Below are positions 1 through 8,875 of a stretch of DNA of 61,985 nucleotides, in pieces. How positions within the stretch are numbered: the stretch's first letter is position 1; each line of letters starts with the position of its first letter. The DNA comes from Candidatus Pacearchaeota archaeon. GTDB taxonomy: Archaea; Nanobdellota; Nanobdellia; Pacearchaeales; GW2011-AR1. The translations under genes were made by a program, and so were the position numbers. The notes below the pieces were generated by a model. It saw only the letters and a list, made by a program, of their open reading frames with translations. It was not told where the DNA came from and did not search any database. Location: contig NZBT01000014.1 in the NCBI GenBank assembly GCA_002688015.1, forward strand, positions 1 through 61,985, read 5' to 3'.

Positions 1-375
1 AGCTTAAAGAGTATAGATTTCATATGGTGAGTTATAGCCCTTCCACCCCATTAATAGCCGAATACTCAACAGAGGCTGAACAGTTACATCCTTTTCAAGG
101 ACAACCGATAGTTAATTCAGTCAGCAACAGTACTTAAGGACTTGTATTAACTAAGAAGTTACAATTAAATCTACAGAATTATCTGGGATTTTCTTCATTT
201 GCTCTACTGCTGTCCTTATGAATTAGCTATCCCTAACCTAAAACTCATATCAGAAAATAAATGGCTGGAGTTGATTAAAATGGCAAACTAAATTTTTTTG
301 ATGTTTTACCAACCTCTTAGGTAACAATGCATCATCAAGGCATAGTTTTAAAAAGCCTTAGAATTTTTGTTATTT

Positions 376-2232
376 ATGAGTCAAGACAATCACGCAAAAA
401 AAGAGAAAACACCAGAGACACTTACAGGAGAGCTGAATTCTAATAAGAAGTATGAGCCAAATATGGTTATGCCGGGAATGCCTGCTGGTATGGGGAAGAT
501 GCCTCAAATGCCAAAGCAGAAGACCCCTGAGGAAGTTAAAGCTGAGTTTGAAGCTCTTAAGAAGAAATTAGAGAATGTTAAGAAAAAGATTCTGAAGAAA
601 TATAAATTCACAAAATTCTTGAGTGTATTGCCAGGAGTTGGATTACCTTTATTTGCAGAAGATGAAGGAATGCCTGTTGAAGTTGAAAAGACAAATCCAA
701 CATTATTGCTGATGTGTATTCCTGAAGAACAATTTAAGGATATAAATAAGATTAAAGACGAAGTTGTAAAGATTATAAAAGAAAGTAAAGAGAATGTTTG
801 GCTTTTAGTTAAGACAGAAGTTGATTTGTGGAACTATGGATTAGACAGTAAGTTTGACTTGATGGATCTTGTTTCCGGAAGTTTTCCATTATATGACAAT
901 GGATTTTTAGGAGCATTAAGACTTGCAAATATTCATAAGTCTCTTGTATTGAGAAAGTTTGAGAAATATGTTGCTACATATGCGATTGGAGGAAGTTTAG
1001 TTAGAGGAGTTGCTGATAAGGATTCTGATTTTGATTGTATTGTGATTATTGATGATACGGATGTTAAAAGAATGCCAAGGCTTGAGCTATTGGAGAAACT
1101 TAGGGCAATGATTCATGATTATATAAGAGAAGCGATGGCTTTAGCTGGAGTTAAGAATAATTTACATGTTCAAGTATGGCTTCTTACTGATTTCTGGCAG
1201 AGAGTTAGAGATGCGGAGCCTGTTGCATTTACTTTTGTTAGAGATGGGATTCCATTTTATGATAGAGGAACATTTATTCCTTGGAAATTACTTTTGAAGA
1301 TGGGCAAGATTAAGCCAAGTCCGGAAGCAGTTGATATGTTTATGAAGTCTGGAGAGCAGACTGAAAACTTACTGAAAAGAAGAATGATTGATGCAATGAT
1401 AGATATTTATTATGGAGTTATTACTCCAACACAAGCGTTGATGATGCTTGCAGGACAAGCACCTCCTGACCCTAAAGGAATGGTTGCTGAAGTGAAGAAA
1501 ATTTTAGTTGAGAAGGAAAAACTTATGTCTCTTGCTGATTTAAAGATTTTAGAAAAAGCGATTAAGTTGTTTAAGGATTATGAACATGGTAAATTAAGTG
1601 AAATTTCTGGAACAGAGCTTGATAAGTTTAAGAAGGAACATGATGGTTATGTTAAAAAGATGAAGGAGATGAGAGGAAAGATTGAAGAGAGAATGCAGGA
1701 ATATGAAGCAGAGAGAGTTCAAAATGAAATTTTTGATTTAACAAAGAGCGTTTTTGGGAATAAGTCAAGAGAATCAATAATTAAAGACTTTGATTCCGAA
1801 TTGGTAAAGAAAGGAAAAGTCCCTAGAAGAATGTTGCAAGTTATTAGAAATGTTTCAGAAATTAAGCATAAAATTAAGGGAAAGAAGAAATTGAGTCCAA
1901 CAGAGATGCAAAAGTTTACAGCAGAAGCTAATGAACTTATTTCTGTATTGACAGAATATGCTCAGAGAAAGGAACTAGTTGCTATTGAGAAGTCTTTAAT
2001 ACAAGTTAAGGGAAAGAAAGGGAATGGAGAGTTAATGGTAACGGACAAGGAGACGTTTTTAGTACAATCAGGAAAGATAAGTAAGATTGTTGGGAAAAAG
2101 CTTGTTGATTCTAATGAAGAAGAATTGAGAGAAGCAAGTAAAAAAGCTAAAGACAGTTTGAAAGTTTCTCTTTCTGGAAATGTATTTTCTGTTCTACAAA
2201 AAGAGTTGGGCGACTTTGAGATAGTTTTGTAA
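376..2232 (+). CDS. Nucleotidyltransferase (Pol-beta/MNT-type) domain protein with long helical/coiled-coil C-terminal extension
   Basis: ORF 367..2232. NTase signature GGSLVRGVADKDSDFDCIVIIDD. The following helical domain (PSPEAV...AGQAPPDP) is paralogous to ORF 15009..16004. Start moved from TTG 367 to ATG 376 because TTTAAA 347-352 is centred 27 nt upstream. Confidence 0.7.
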   Translation: MSQDNHAKKEKTPETLTGELNSNKKYEPNMVMPGMPAGMGKMPQMPKQKTPEEVKAEFEALKKKLENVKKKILKKYKFTKFLSVLPGVGLPLFAEDEGMPVEVEKTNPTLLLMCIPEEQFKDINKIKDEVVKIIKESKENVWLLVKTEVDLWNYGLDSKFDLMDLVSGSFPLYDNGFLGALRLANIHKSLVLRKFEKYVATYAIGGSLVRGVADKDSDFDCIVIIDDTDVKRMPRLELLEKLRAMIHDYIREAMALAGVKNNLHVQVWLLTDFWQRVRDAEPVAFTFVRDGIPFYDRGTFIPWKLLLKMGKIKPSPEAVDMFMKSGEQTENLLKRRMIDAMIDIYYGVITPTQALMMLAGQAPPDPKGMVAEVKKILVEKEKLMSLADLKILEKAIKLFKDYEHGKLSEISGTELDKFKKEHDGYVKKMKEMRGKIEERMQEYEAERVQNEIFDLTKSVFGNKSRESIIKDFDSELVKKGKVPRRMLQVIRNVSEIKHKIKGKKKLSPTEMQKFTAEANELISVLTEYAQRKELVAIEKSLIQVKGKKGNGELMVTDKETFLVQSGKISKIVGKKLVDSNEEELREASKKAKDSLKVSLSGNVFSVLQKELGDFEIVL

Positions 2233-2233
2233 T

Positions 2234-2273
2234 TTGTTATTACTTAAAAATTATACTTTTAGAAAGGTTTAAG
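2234..2273 (+). promoter_or_regulatory. Promoter cassette A: upstream element TTGTTATTACTT plus AGAAAGGTTTAAG (BRE/TATA) for ORF 2297
   Basis: TATA hexamer 2268-2273 is centred 27 nt upstream of ATG 2297. The cassette matches 41 of 48 positions, without gaps, with 2659-2706. Confidence 0.6.
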
Positions 2274-2296
2274 TACCTCTTGTTTTCGTTTGTTTT

Positions 2297-2656
2297 ATGA
2301 AATTAGAAGATAGAATAGATTCAACTGAAATGAGAGAGAAATTGAACCATTTAGAGGATCATGTGCCTGGTTTAGGTGATGATGTTTATGAGTTTGGAAG
2401 ACTTTTGTCTGGAAGATTAAGTGAAGTAGATTCAATGGTAATTCCTGCAGGATATAATTTGTTAGTAGAAGTATTGTTATTTGATTTAGTTGAAGGATTT
2501 GATGGAATGGGAGAGCCAATAATTAGTGAATTATCTGGAGATTCTTCGAAGATTTATCAAGTGGAAAAATATATTGAACAGATTACTAATACAGTCTGTC
2601 CTGAAAAATTTGCTCAAAAAGTGAATGCGTTTAGAGGAACAATGTCAAGATATTGA
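2297..2656 (+). CDS. Hypothetical protein (119 aa), first gene of the GHKL cluster
   Basis: Complete ORF with a correctly spaced TATA. No motif recognised. Confidence 0.55.
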   Translation: MKLEDRIDSTEMREKLNHLEDHVPGLGDDVYEFGRLLSGRLSEVDSMVIPAGYNLLVEVLLFDLVEGFDGMGEPIISELSGDSSKIYQVEKYIEQITNTVCPEKFAQKVNAFRGTMSRY

Positions 2657-2658
2657 TA

Positions 2659-2698
2659 TTGTTATTACTTTAGAATTACACTCTTAGAAAGGTTTAAA
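2659..2698 (+). promoter_or_regulatory. Promoter cassette B: TTGTTATTACTT plus AGAAAGGTTTAAA for ORF 2735
   Basis: Same element and same 27-nt spacing to AGAAAGG as cassette A. TATA 2693-2698, with ATG 2735 about 12 nt past the expected TSS. Confidence 0.55.
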
Positions 2699-2734
2699 AA
2701 CGTCTTTTATTGGATATTCTGATAGGTATTTTAT

Positions 2735-3565
2735 ATGGAAGCTAAAACTTGGAATGCAAAATTGAATGATTGGATAGTTGATAATCCTGATAGGCTGACT
2801 GAACTTAAAGAGATATTTCCAAAAACAACTCTACAAGACTATAGAAATGGAAATGTATCAAATATTGGTAAAGTGAATTCATATTCTAGAGCTATGTTAT
2901 ATAAGATTACAGGTATTGAAGTTTTTAGGCCGGATAATTATGTAGACCCAAAGACTATAACAATTGGTCAAATTGAAAGCGGAAGGTTGCCAAGAGGAAG
3001 TTTAGATATTTGGCTCGGTTCTAAAGGAATTTCAAAAAGAGAAGTTGCTGAATCTGCAGGAGTTAGTATTGATTCTGTAACTGGATACATAGAAAGCAGG
3101 TCTTCTAGAAGAAGGGTTGTAACTAAGATTGAAAGAGCATTAAAGCAATATGAAAACATAGCTCCAAAGAGAGAAAAGGATCCAGTAAGAAAGGAGCCTG
3201 CGGAAGAAGCGCCCATGAAAGAGGATAGTGAAAATACAAAATTAACTGAATTGACTAAAGCAGTTGGAGAATTAGTAGAGCAAGTAGGGGCTCTTGGTGG
3301 AAGTTATGAGAAAGATCATGAAGAGAGAAGATTAGCATTGGATAATCATTTAGATGGTCTTGTGGATCAAATAGATTATTTCAGACAATGTTCTCAAGAG
3401 GAAAGGGACCAATTAGTGTCATATTTAAGAGAGACTGGACAAACGACTAGATGGGGTTGGTTAGTAAATATGTTTGGAGGAATTCATAGAGAAAAGGGTG
3501 TGCCAAGCACATTTTTGAGAGATATGGATGTTCCAGAAAAATTAAGCCCTAGGAGAAAAAGATGA
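2735..3565 (+). CDS. Putative DNA-binding protein with two XRE-like helix-turn-helix segments and a C-terminal helical region
   Basis: LKEIFPKTTLQDYRNGNVSNIGKVNSYSRAMLYKITGIEV and KGISKREVAESAGVSIDSVTGYIESR resemble Cro/C1-type HTH. The stop overlaps the next start (ATGA at 3562-3565). Confidence 0.5.
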   Translation: MEAKTWNAKLNDWIVDNPDRLTELKEIFPKTTLQDYRNGNVSNIGKVNSYSRAMLYKITGIEVFRPDNYVDPKTITIGQIESGRLPRGSLDIWLGSKGISKREVAESAGVSIDSVTGYIESRSSRRRVVTKIERALKQYENIAPKREKDPVRKEPAEEAPMKEDSENTKLTELTKAVGELVEQVGALGGSYEKDHEERRLALDNHLDGLVDQIDYFRQCSQEERDQLVSYLRETGQTTRWGWLVNMFGGIHREKGVPSTFLRDMDVPEKLSPRRKR

Positions 3566-5181
3566 CATATATAAAACCAAAAATAACTGAAGCTGGACAA
3601 CATAGAGCAATTGTGGAAGCTGGAGATATTTATACACATCCTTTATTTGCCTTTAAAGAATATCCAACTAATGGTCTTGATGCAATTTATAGAGCAATGG
3701 CGGAAAATGGATCTTTTGGGGGAGGAGTGCTTGATATTTTGATTGACTCGCAAAATAGAAGAGTGTTAGTAAGAGATGATGGTACTGGGATGCCTAACCA
3801 AACTGTGAAAACCCTTCCTGAGAGAATTTTTGAGGGAGATAAATTTGATAGGCCTAATGAAAGAGGAGAAAAAGGTATTGGGCTTACATCTTTCATTTCC
3901 CTTGGAGGAAGAGATAGAGGATCAAATGTAGATATTATTTCTAAAGTTCCTGAAGAAAGTCAATATGGTAGACTTAATTATAGTATAAAAGATGGAAGAC
4001 TTTATCCTGATTTTACAACTGTCGAAGATGAGGAAATGGAGAAAGGTTTTGGAGGAGGATTTGAGCAAGGAACAAAAGTTGTTTTAAATCTTGATAAATT
4101 AACTTTTAATGAGAATTTTAAGAATTTAAGTGTATTAAAAAGGTTTCTTAGAGAGACATACAGCCCTCTTTTAATGAGAAGTGAGATGATTGTTTGTTTA
4201 GGATCTTTATTAGGAGAGAAAAGTGAAGTTGTTTCTCCTATGAATTATCCTGGAGTGCCTTTGTTAGGATTGACAGGTAGAACAGAAACATATCAAGCAA
4301 TGACTGTTTTTCCAGATGGAAGTAGAGGAATGGATACTTTCCCTGTTCAGGTATTATTGTTTGCAGATCCAACTTCTAAGGCAAGAAAAGTAGGAGTTTA
4401 TACAAAAGATGTTAATGTTTATGATTCTGTAACTAGGTTATTGGAAAAAGACCCTAGAGTAGCTGCACTTCCTTTGTGGAGTTCTGGACATGTTTCTGGG
4501 TTTATTAATAATATGAATTTGAGTTTAGTTTTAGGAAGAGATGGTATTAGAAGAGGATCAAAAGTATTCAAGAAATTAGTTGATGTTTTAGAAGGATTAA
4601 ATGATGAACTTTGGCCTCAGGTAGAGTCATTAGTTACTCAGAAAGGGACAGATCAACAAAACCAAGATTTAAATGAAGCTTGGAATGTGCTTAGACAGAG
4701 TTATAAAACAACAGAGCCCATTGATATAATTAGAAGAGTTAGGAATCCTCCTCAAACTCCTGCTGGCCCGAGAGAACCTAGGAAGCCAAGAGAAATTGAA
4801 CAAGAAGGAACACATTCAGATTCAGGGAGAAGAGTTCCATTTAGAGTACCGATATTAGAAGATTTTGATCTACAAGAAGAACAATTAAGATCAAGATTGG
4901 GAGAAAATTTAGGAGATCCAACTATTTTTGTAAATTCTGCTCATCCTGATTATACAAGGCTTGTTGTAAATGGAAAACCAGAGGAAAAGCAATTTTACTT
5001 AGTTAATGTTATGGCGGCAGAAGCGGCTTCTTTTGAAACAGAAAATGCAGTTTCACGTGGAAGTTTGAGAGGAAGTCCAGTAGAGATTAGTCAAATTGCA
5101 GCTAGAAGGGCGCAAGATCTTGTCTTTAATAGTATTGGGAAAAATGGAAAAGGTAGAAGAAAAAGAAAGGATAATATGTAA
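3562..5181 (+). CDS. GHKL (Bergerat-fold) ATPase, MORC/HATPase_c_3-like
   Basis: N-box EYPTNGLDAI (aa 33-42), G1 box DDGTGM (aa 72-77), G2 box GEKGIGLTSF (aa 102-111). About 400 aa of uncharacterised C-terminal region ending in a basic tail. Confidence 0.7.
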   Translation: MTYIKPKITEAGQHRAIVEAGDIYTHPLFAFKEYPTNGLDAIYRAMAENGSFGGGVLDILIDSQNRRVLVRDDGTGMPNQTVKTLPERIFEGDKFDRPNERGEKGIGLTSFISLGGRDRGSNVDIISKVPEESQYGRLNYSIKDGRLYPDFTTVEDEEMEKGFGGGFEQGTKVVLNLDKLTFNENFKNLSVLKRFLRETYSPLLMRSEMIVCLGSLLGEKSEVVSPMNYPGVPLLGLTGRTETYQAMTVFPDGSRGMDTFPVQVLLFADPTSKARKVGVYTKDVNVYDSVTRLLEKDPRVAALPLWSSGHVSGFINNMNLSLVLGRDGIRRGSKVFKKLVDVLEGLNDELWPQVESLVTQKGTDQQNQDLNEAWNVLRQSYKTTEPIDIIRRVRNPPQTPAGPREPRKPREIEQEGTHSDSGRRVPFRVPILEDFDLQEEQLRSRLGENLGDPTIFVNSAHPDYTRLVVNGKPEEKQFYLVNVMAAEAASFETENAVSRGSLRGSPVEISQIAARRAQDLVFNSIGKNGKGRRKRKDNM

Positions 5182-5200
5182 CTTAAAAGTTATAACAATA

Positions 5201-5216
5201 GTTAAATTTAAATATC
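5201..5216 (+). promoter_or_regulatory. Internal TATA box for ORF 5236
   Basis: GTTAAATTTAAATATC. TTTAAA 5207-5212 is centred 27 nt upstream of ATG 5236. Confidence 0.5.
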
Positions 5217-5235
5217 AACAAATAAGACAAATAAA

Positions 5236-6399
5236 ATGGCTAAAAAATCACTACGTACTCCTTGGACAGAAGATGCAGCTAAATTAGCTTGGATTAGAAC
5301 TCTCCAAAGAGTAAAGGCTTCAGAAATTGTAAAAGAATTAGCTAGCCCTGAAAATGTTATCGGTGTAGCTTTTCCTGGAAAGACAAATAGTTCTATCCAC
5401 ACATTAACTAGTTCTATTAGAAAGGGGAAACATGATAGATTTTCTCATTTGAGCGTCGAAATTCCAGATATGGAGAGTATTCCTGAACAATTTACTTCTG
5501 TTCCTAAACAAGCTAGACAAAGAGGGAGAAAAAGTGGATATGATGATGGAAGAAATGAATTTTTATGGAGAGCTAGAAATCAGTTAAATTTGTCTTGGAA
5601 TGATACTGCAGAAAGATATAATGCAGTATTTGGTGAAGAAAAAACTAATAAAGGACTTATGACTCAATATCATAGATTAAATTTGAAAGGATATAGTCCT
5701 ACAAATCCAGACCTTGATATTGATGATTATATGGCAAGTCTTCCTGATTCTGATGTCGGAGGCGTAAGAGGAAAATCTCCAAGAGCTAATTTGGCTAAAG
5801 CAGGAACAGGATCTTTAAGAGAAAGATTGGTTCAACAAGACAAAAGAGCTTCTGAGGTTTTAGTAGAAAGAGCCGATTTTATTTATTCTGCACTGATTGA
5901 TCAAGCAGATAGAGTAAAGAATTTTGATCTTGTGAATACTTATGGAGGAACATCTCTGGCTGATTTGATGAGTTTAGGTGATTCCGAAAGAGAGAGAATA
6001 GTTACATTGCTTGAGAGAGGAAGTAATGGAGAAGCTATTAAGAATATTGAATTGTTTGTGATGGGAAATGTAGTTTCTGGAAGATCAGGAATTAGTGTTG
6101 TAATGCCTACTTATGTAGATGATGAGAAAAAATCAGCTAGCAATTTAAGAAGCGCTTTGAATGATACGGCTTTTGCAGTATTGTCTCAAGCTACTGGTTT
6201 AAAGAGAGCAAATCCATTTAGAGGAAGATTTAGAGATCTTGTTACATATGGATTTAATGTTTCTGGAGAAGGTCCTGATTATAGCGCTTTAGGAGATCAA
6301 ATAGCAAGTGAGCTTGAGGATGAATATGAAGGAATAGGAGTTTCATTTTTAGTTGATTCATTTCCTGTTGAATTATATGGAAAGCTAAGAGGAAAATAA
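5236..6399 (+). CDS. Hypothetical protein with two weak Myb/SANT-like (Trp-spaced HTH) segments
   Basis: RTPWTEDAAKLAWIRTL and LSWNDTAERYNAVFGEEKTNKGLMTQYHRL resemble Myb/SANT repeats. This is an eye-level match only. Confidence 0.4.
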   Translation: MAKKSLRTPWTEDAAKLAWIRTLQRVKASEIVKELASPENVIGVAFPGKTNSSIHTLTSSIRKGKHDRFSHLSVEIPDMESIPEQFTSVPKQARQRGRKSGYDDGRNEFLWRARNQLNLSWNDTAERYNAVFGEEKTNKGLMTQYHRLNLKGYSPTNPDLDIDDYMASLPDSDVGGVRGKSPRANLAKAGTGSLRERLVQQDKRASEVLVERADFIYSALIDQADRVKNFDLVNTYGGTSLADLMSLGDSERERIVTLLERGSNGEAIKNIELFVMGNVVSGRSGISVVMPTYVDDEKKSASNLRSALNDTAFAVLSQATGLKRANPFRGRFRDLVTYGFNVSGEGPDYSALGDQIASELEDEYEGIGVSFLVDSFPVELYGKLRGK

Positions 6400-6400
6400 A

Positions 6401-8404
6401 ATGAGTCTTAAGCGAATGCCAAGCGATAGGCTTAGAGATTTAAAAAAGAGCCCTAGAGAATTAAGAGCTTATTGTGTTGAAAATAAATTAGATATTGTTG
6501 ATGTTTTAGATGAAATCGAAGATCTTCTTGCAAATAGAACAGAAAGAAGAAGAACAGGAAGAAGAGTAAAGAAAAAGACTAAAGGAAAATCTGATTCACA
6601 TGCTCCAAAGAGTGCAAGAGAGGTTATAGACGATGTTCAATCAGAATATAGAAAGCAGAGGTTTAGTTATGGAACATCTACATTAGAAGAGTTTTCTTCA
6701 AGAGTAGAATTCGATTTAGAACAAAATGATTTAGAGACTAATACATCTACAAGTTTTCAAGGATTTGTAGCTAATAGATTATATGAATCTTTATTTGTTA
6801 ATAAGTATACTCCTGGAGATGGAAAAAGAAGAAGGAGAATAAGAAAGAAAGTTAAAGAATGTTTGAAAATAACAAAAGATGAAGATTTCTCAAAGTTTTT
6901 GTGGGTTACTTTTGATCCGGAATCAATGGATAAAATAAGGGGAGTCTTATCTAGAGATTATGTTAGAGAAAATTATGGATTTGTAGATGGAGATCTTGTC
7001 TTATTAAGGGACGGGGAAGTTGTTAAAGAGCCTAGTATTGAAGGAACGAGAAGTTGGTATGATCCAGAAAAAGAAGAAACAAGAAAGATGCTTGTTGATC
7101 ATGTTGAAAAATTTCTTTTAAGTGAAATTAAGGGAAGAACGGGAGTTGTTGATGGTACAATTAGAACTGTTAGGGATGAGAGAAAAATCCTTGAAGATAG
7201 AATAGGAGAAATTCGAGAACAGATCGTGGAGATAGGAGAAGGTCGAAGAAAATTACAATTCTTTATGAAGGGTCCTAATTATCGAATTGATCAATTCGTT
7301 AAAGATGTTCTTGGAGGGAGATCAAGATCATCTAAAGTTGAAGGAAGAGAAGTTTCTGAAAGGGGAACACTAGTTGGAGAGAAGAATGCTCAACACTTGA
7401 CTATTACTTTTGATTTGAGAACTTATACACCTAGTCTTGTTGGGGAATTTTTTGAACAATATAAAAAATTTATAAGGTCTCTTCCTAAAAGTGAAAGAGG
7501 AGAGTTTGAATCAAACCTTAATCAAATTTTAAAGGATGGTATTCTTGGAGAACATGCAATTCAAATAAAAAATCGAGAAATTGGTAGATGTGATTTTGAA
7601 ATTAGAAAGATTGACACTCGTGAAAGAGAACTTGTAGAAAGAAAGAAGGCTCCTGTAGAACTTAATTATTTAGGTTTAGAAGGTCCTAATTTTACAAGTT
7701 TTTTCAAACTTCATAATGCTCTTTCAAGTGAAGGTGTTAGTTTAAGGGGTGTTTTCCCTGAGAATGGAGAGAGAGCATACAATTTGATGACTAGCCTTAT
7801 TGAACATGGGGAATTTGATGGAGCATTTGACTCTTCTGAAGCTGTTAGAGCTGATTTAGATGAGTTATTACTTCTTGATTTTCTTAATCATCCAGACGTT
7901 GGAGTTGTTCAAGATACTGATGAAGAAAGTGATACTAGTTTGAGAGTTAAGTATAAACGTGAATCTTTAAGTATTGATGATTATCATTCAGCAATTGATA
8001 GGCTTGAGAAAGAGAGTGTAAAAAAAGTTGCTGGACATTATGATATCTCTGAAGAGTTTGCTACAATTATATCAAATAGACCTGATTATAAATTCGATAT
8101 TGTTTTCCTTGATTATGTTGGTAGAATGACTCCAAGAAGGGAAAAAGCTTTAGAAACGCTTGTTAAGAGAAGATTGAAAGATAGTGCGGTTGTTGCAACA
8201 ACAGTTAATATTAATCCTTGGGTAAATCCTAAGAGAGAATCAGGAGACGCTGCAGAGTTAAACAATAACTTTTTAGAAATTGCATGGGACGCATTTACAA
8301 AGAATGGTTATACTCCTGTTGATATGGCTGGAAGAGAATACAATACAGATCTTGCGAATAAATCAAATATTTTGTTCCAAATTTATCCTTTGAAGAAAGA
8401 TTAA
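6401..8404 (+). CDS. Large basic/coiled-coil protein with a C-terminal degenerate Rossmann methyltransferase-like region
   Basis: One nt after the stop of ORF 5236. Arg/Lys-rich N-terminus. From about aa 418: LNYLGLEGPN (motif I-like), VFPENGE (motif II-like acidic residue), FDIVFLDY (motif IV-like, compare FDxVFxDPPF of RsmD-type enzymes). Confidence 0.35.
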   Translation: MSLKRMPSDRLRDLKKSPRELRAYCVENKLDIVDVLDEIEDLLANRTERRRTGRRVKKKTKGKSDSHAPKSAREVIDDVQSEYRKQRFSYGTSTLEEFSSRVEFDLEQNDLETNTSTSFQGFVANRLYESLFVNKYTPGDGKRRRRIRKKVKECLKITKDEDFSKFLWVTFDPESMDKIRGVLSRDYVRENYGFVDGDLVLLRDGEVVKEPSIEGTRSWYDPEKEETRKMLVDHVEKFLLSEIKGRTGVVDGTIRTVRDERKILEDRIGEIREQIVEIGEGRRKLQFFMKGPNYRIDQFVKDVLGGRSRSSKVEGREVSERGTLVGEKNAQHLTITFDLRTYTPSLVGEFFEQYKKFIRSLPKSERGEFESNLNQILKDGILGEHAIQIKNREIGRCDFEIRKIDTRERELVERKKAPVELNYLGLEGPNFTSFFKLHNALSSEGVSLRGVFPENGERAYNLMTSLIEHGEFDGAFDSSEAVRADLDELLLLDFLNHPDVGVVQDTDEESDTSLRVKYKRESLSIDDYHSAIDRLEKESVKKVAGHYDISEEFATIISNRPDYKFDIVFLDYVGRMTPRREKALETLVKRRLKDSAVVATTVNINPWVNPKRESGDAAELNNNFLEIAWDAFTKNGYTPVDMAGREYNTDLANKSNILFQIYPLKKD

Positions 8405-8802
8405 TCGTAAGTTCCCATATTATAATGAGCGATGTGTGCTCTTATTTTTGCTGGATCGAAATCTTTAAGTTCACTATCTTCATAAATTTCTGAATTTTCA
8501 GCTCCAGAGTCAAGTAATTCTGTAATTCTGTTTATTATTATTGTATCTACATCAAATAAATTGTCAAGCATTCCTAAAAGTTGAGATTTCTCTTGAGAGC
8601 TTAATCTATCAAGAGCAGATTCTGGAATTGCTACTCCTCTGAATTCGTTTCTATCTTTGCTATATTGTGCAAGCTTAACTGTTAAACCTGATTTATGGCC
8701 TGCTAGAACTTGAGGAGATATTCTTTCAGAACTTCTAATCTTTCCATCTGGTAGTCCTTCTCCTAATTTTCTATATATTCTATTACTTTTCTGTTTATTC
8801 AT
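8401..8802 (-). CDS. Hypothetical protein (133 aa)
   Basis: ORF 8401..8889 trimmed to ATG 8802. The minus-strand TATA (plus-strand TATAAAAA 8824-8831) is centred about 26 nt upstream and lies in the gap after ORF 8876..9784. Confidence 0.5.
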   Translation of the reverse strand: MNKQKSNRIYRKLGEGLPDGKIRSSERISPQVLAGHKSGLTVKLAQYSKDRNEFRGVAIPESALDRLSSQEKSQLLGMLDNLFDVDTIIINRITELLDSGAENSEIYEDSELKDFDPAKIRAHIAHYNMGTYD

Positions 8803-8875
8803 GAAAGTTTTGGAAATTGTAGGTATAAAAATCTTTTTATGAATTTTCACTATGGATTGATACTGACAAAAAAAT

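Noticed and set aside
1-340. About 340 bp at the window start with no ORF of 60 aa or more on either strand. This is unusually long for this compact genome and could hold an ncRNA or the tail of an RNA gene.
   Set aside because: All three minus-strand frames, and the plus frames I read, are broken by frequent stops. The sequence is AT-rich, and I could not fold or recognise rRNA, SRP, RNase P or tRNA features by eye. It needs an Rfam/Infernal scan and the upstream sequence.
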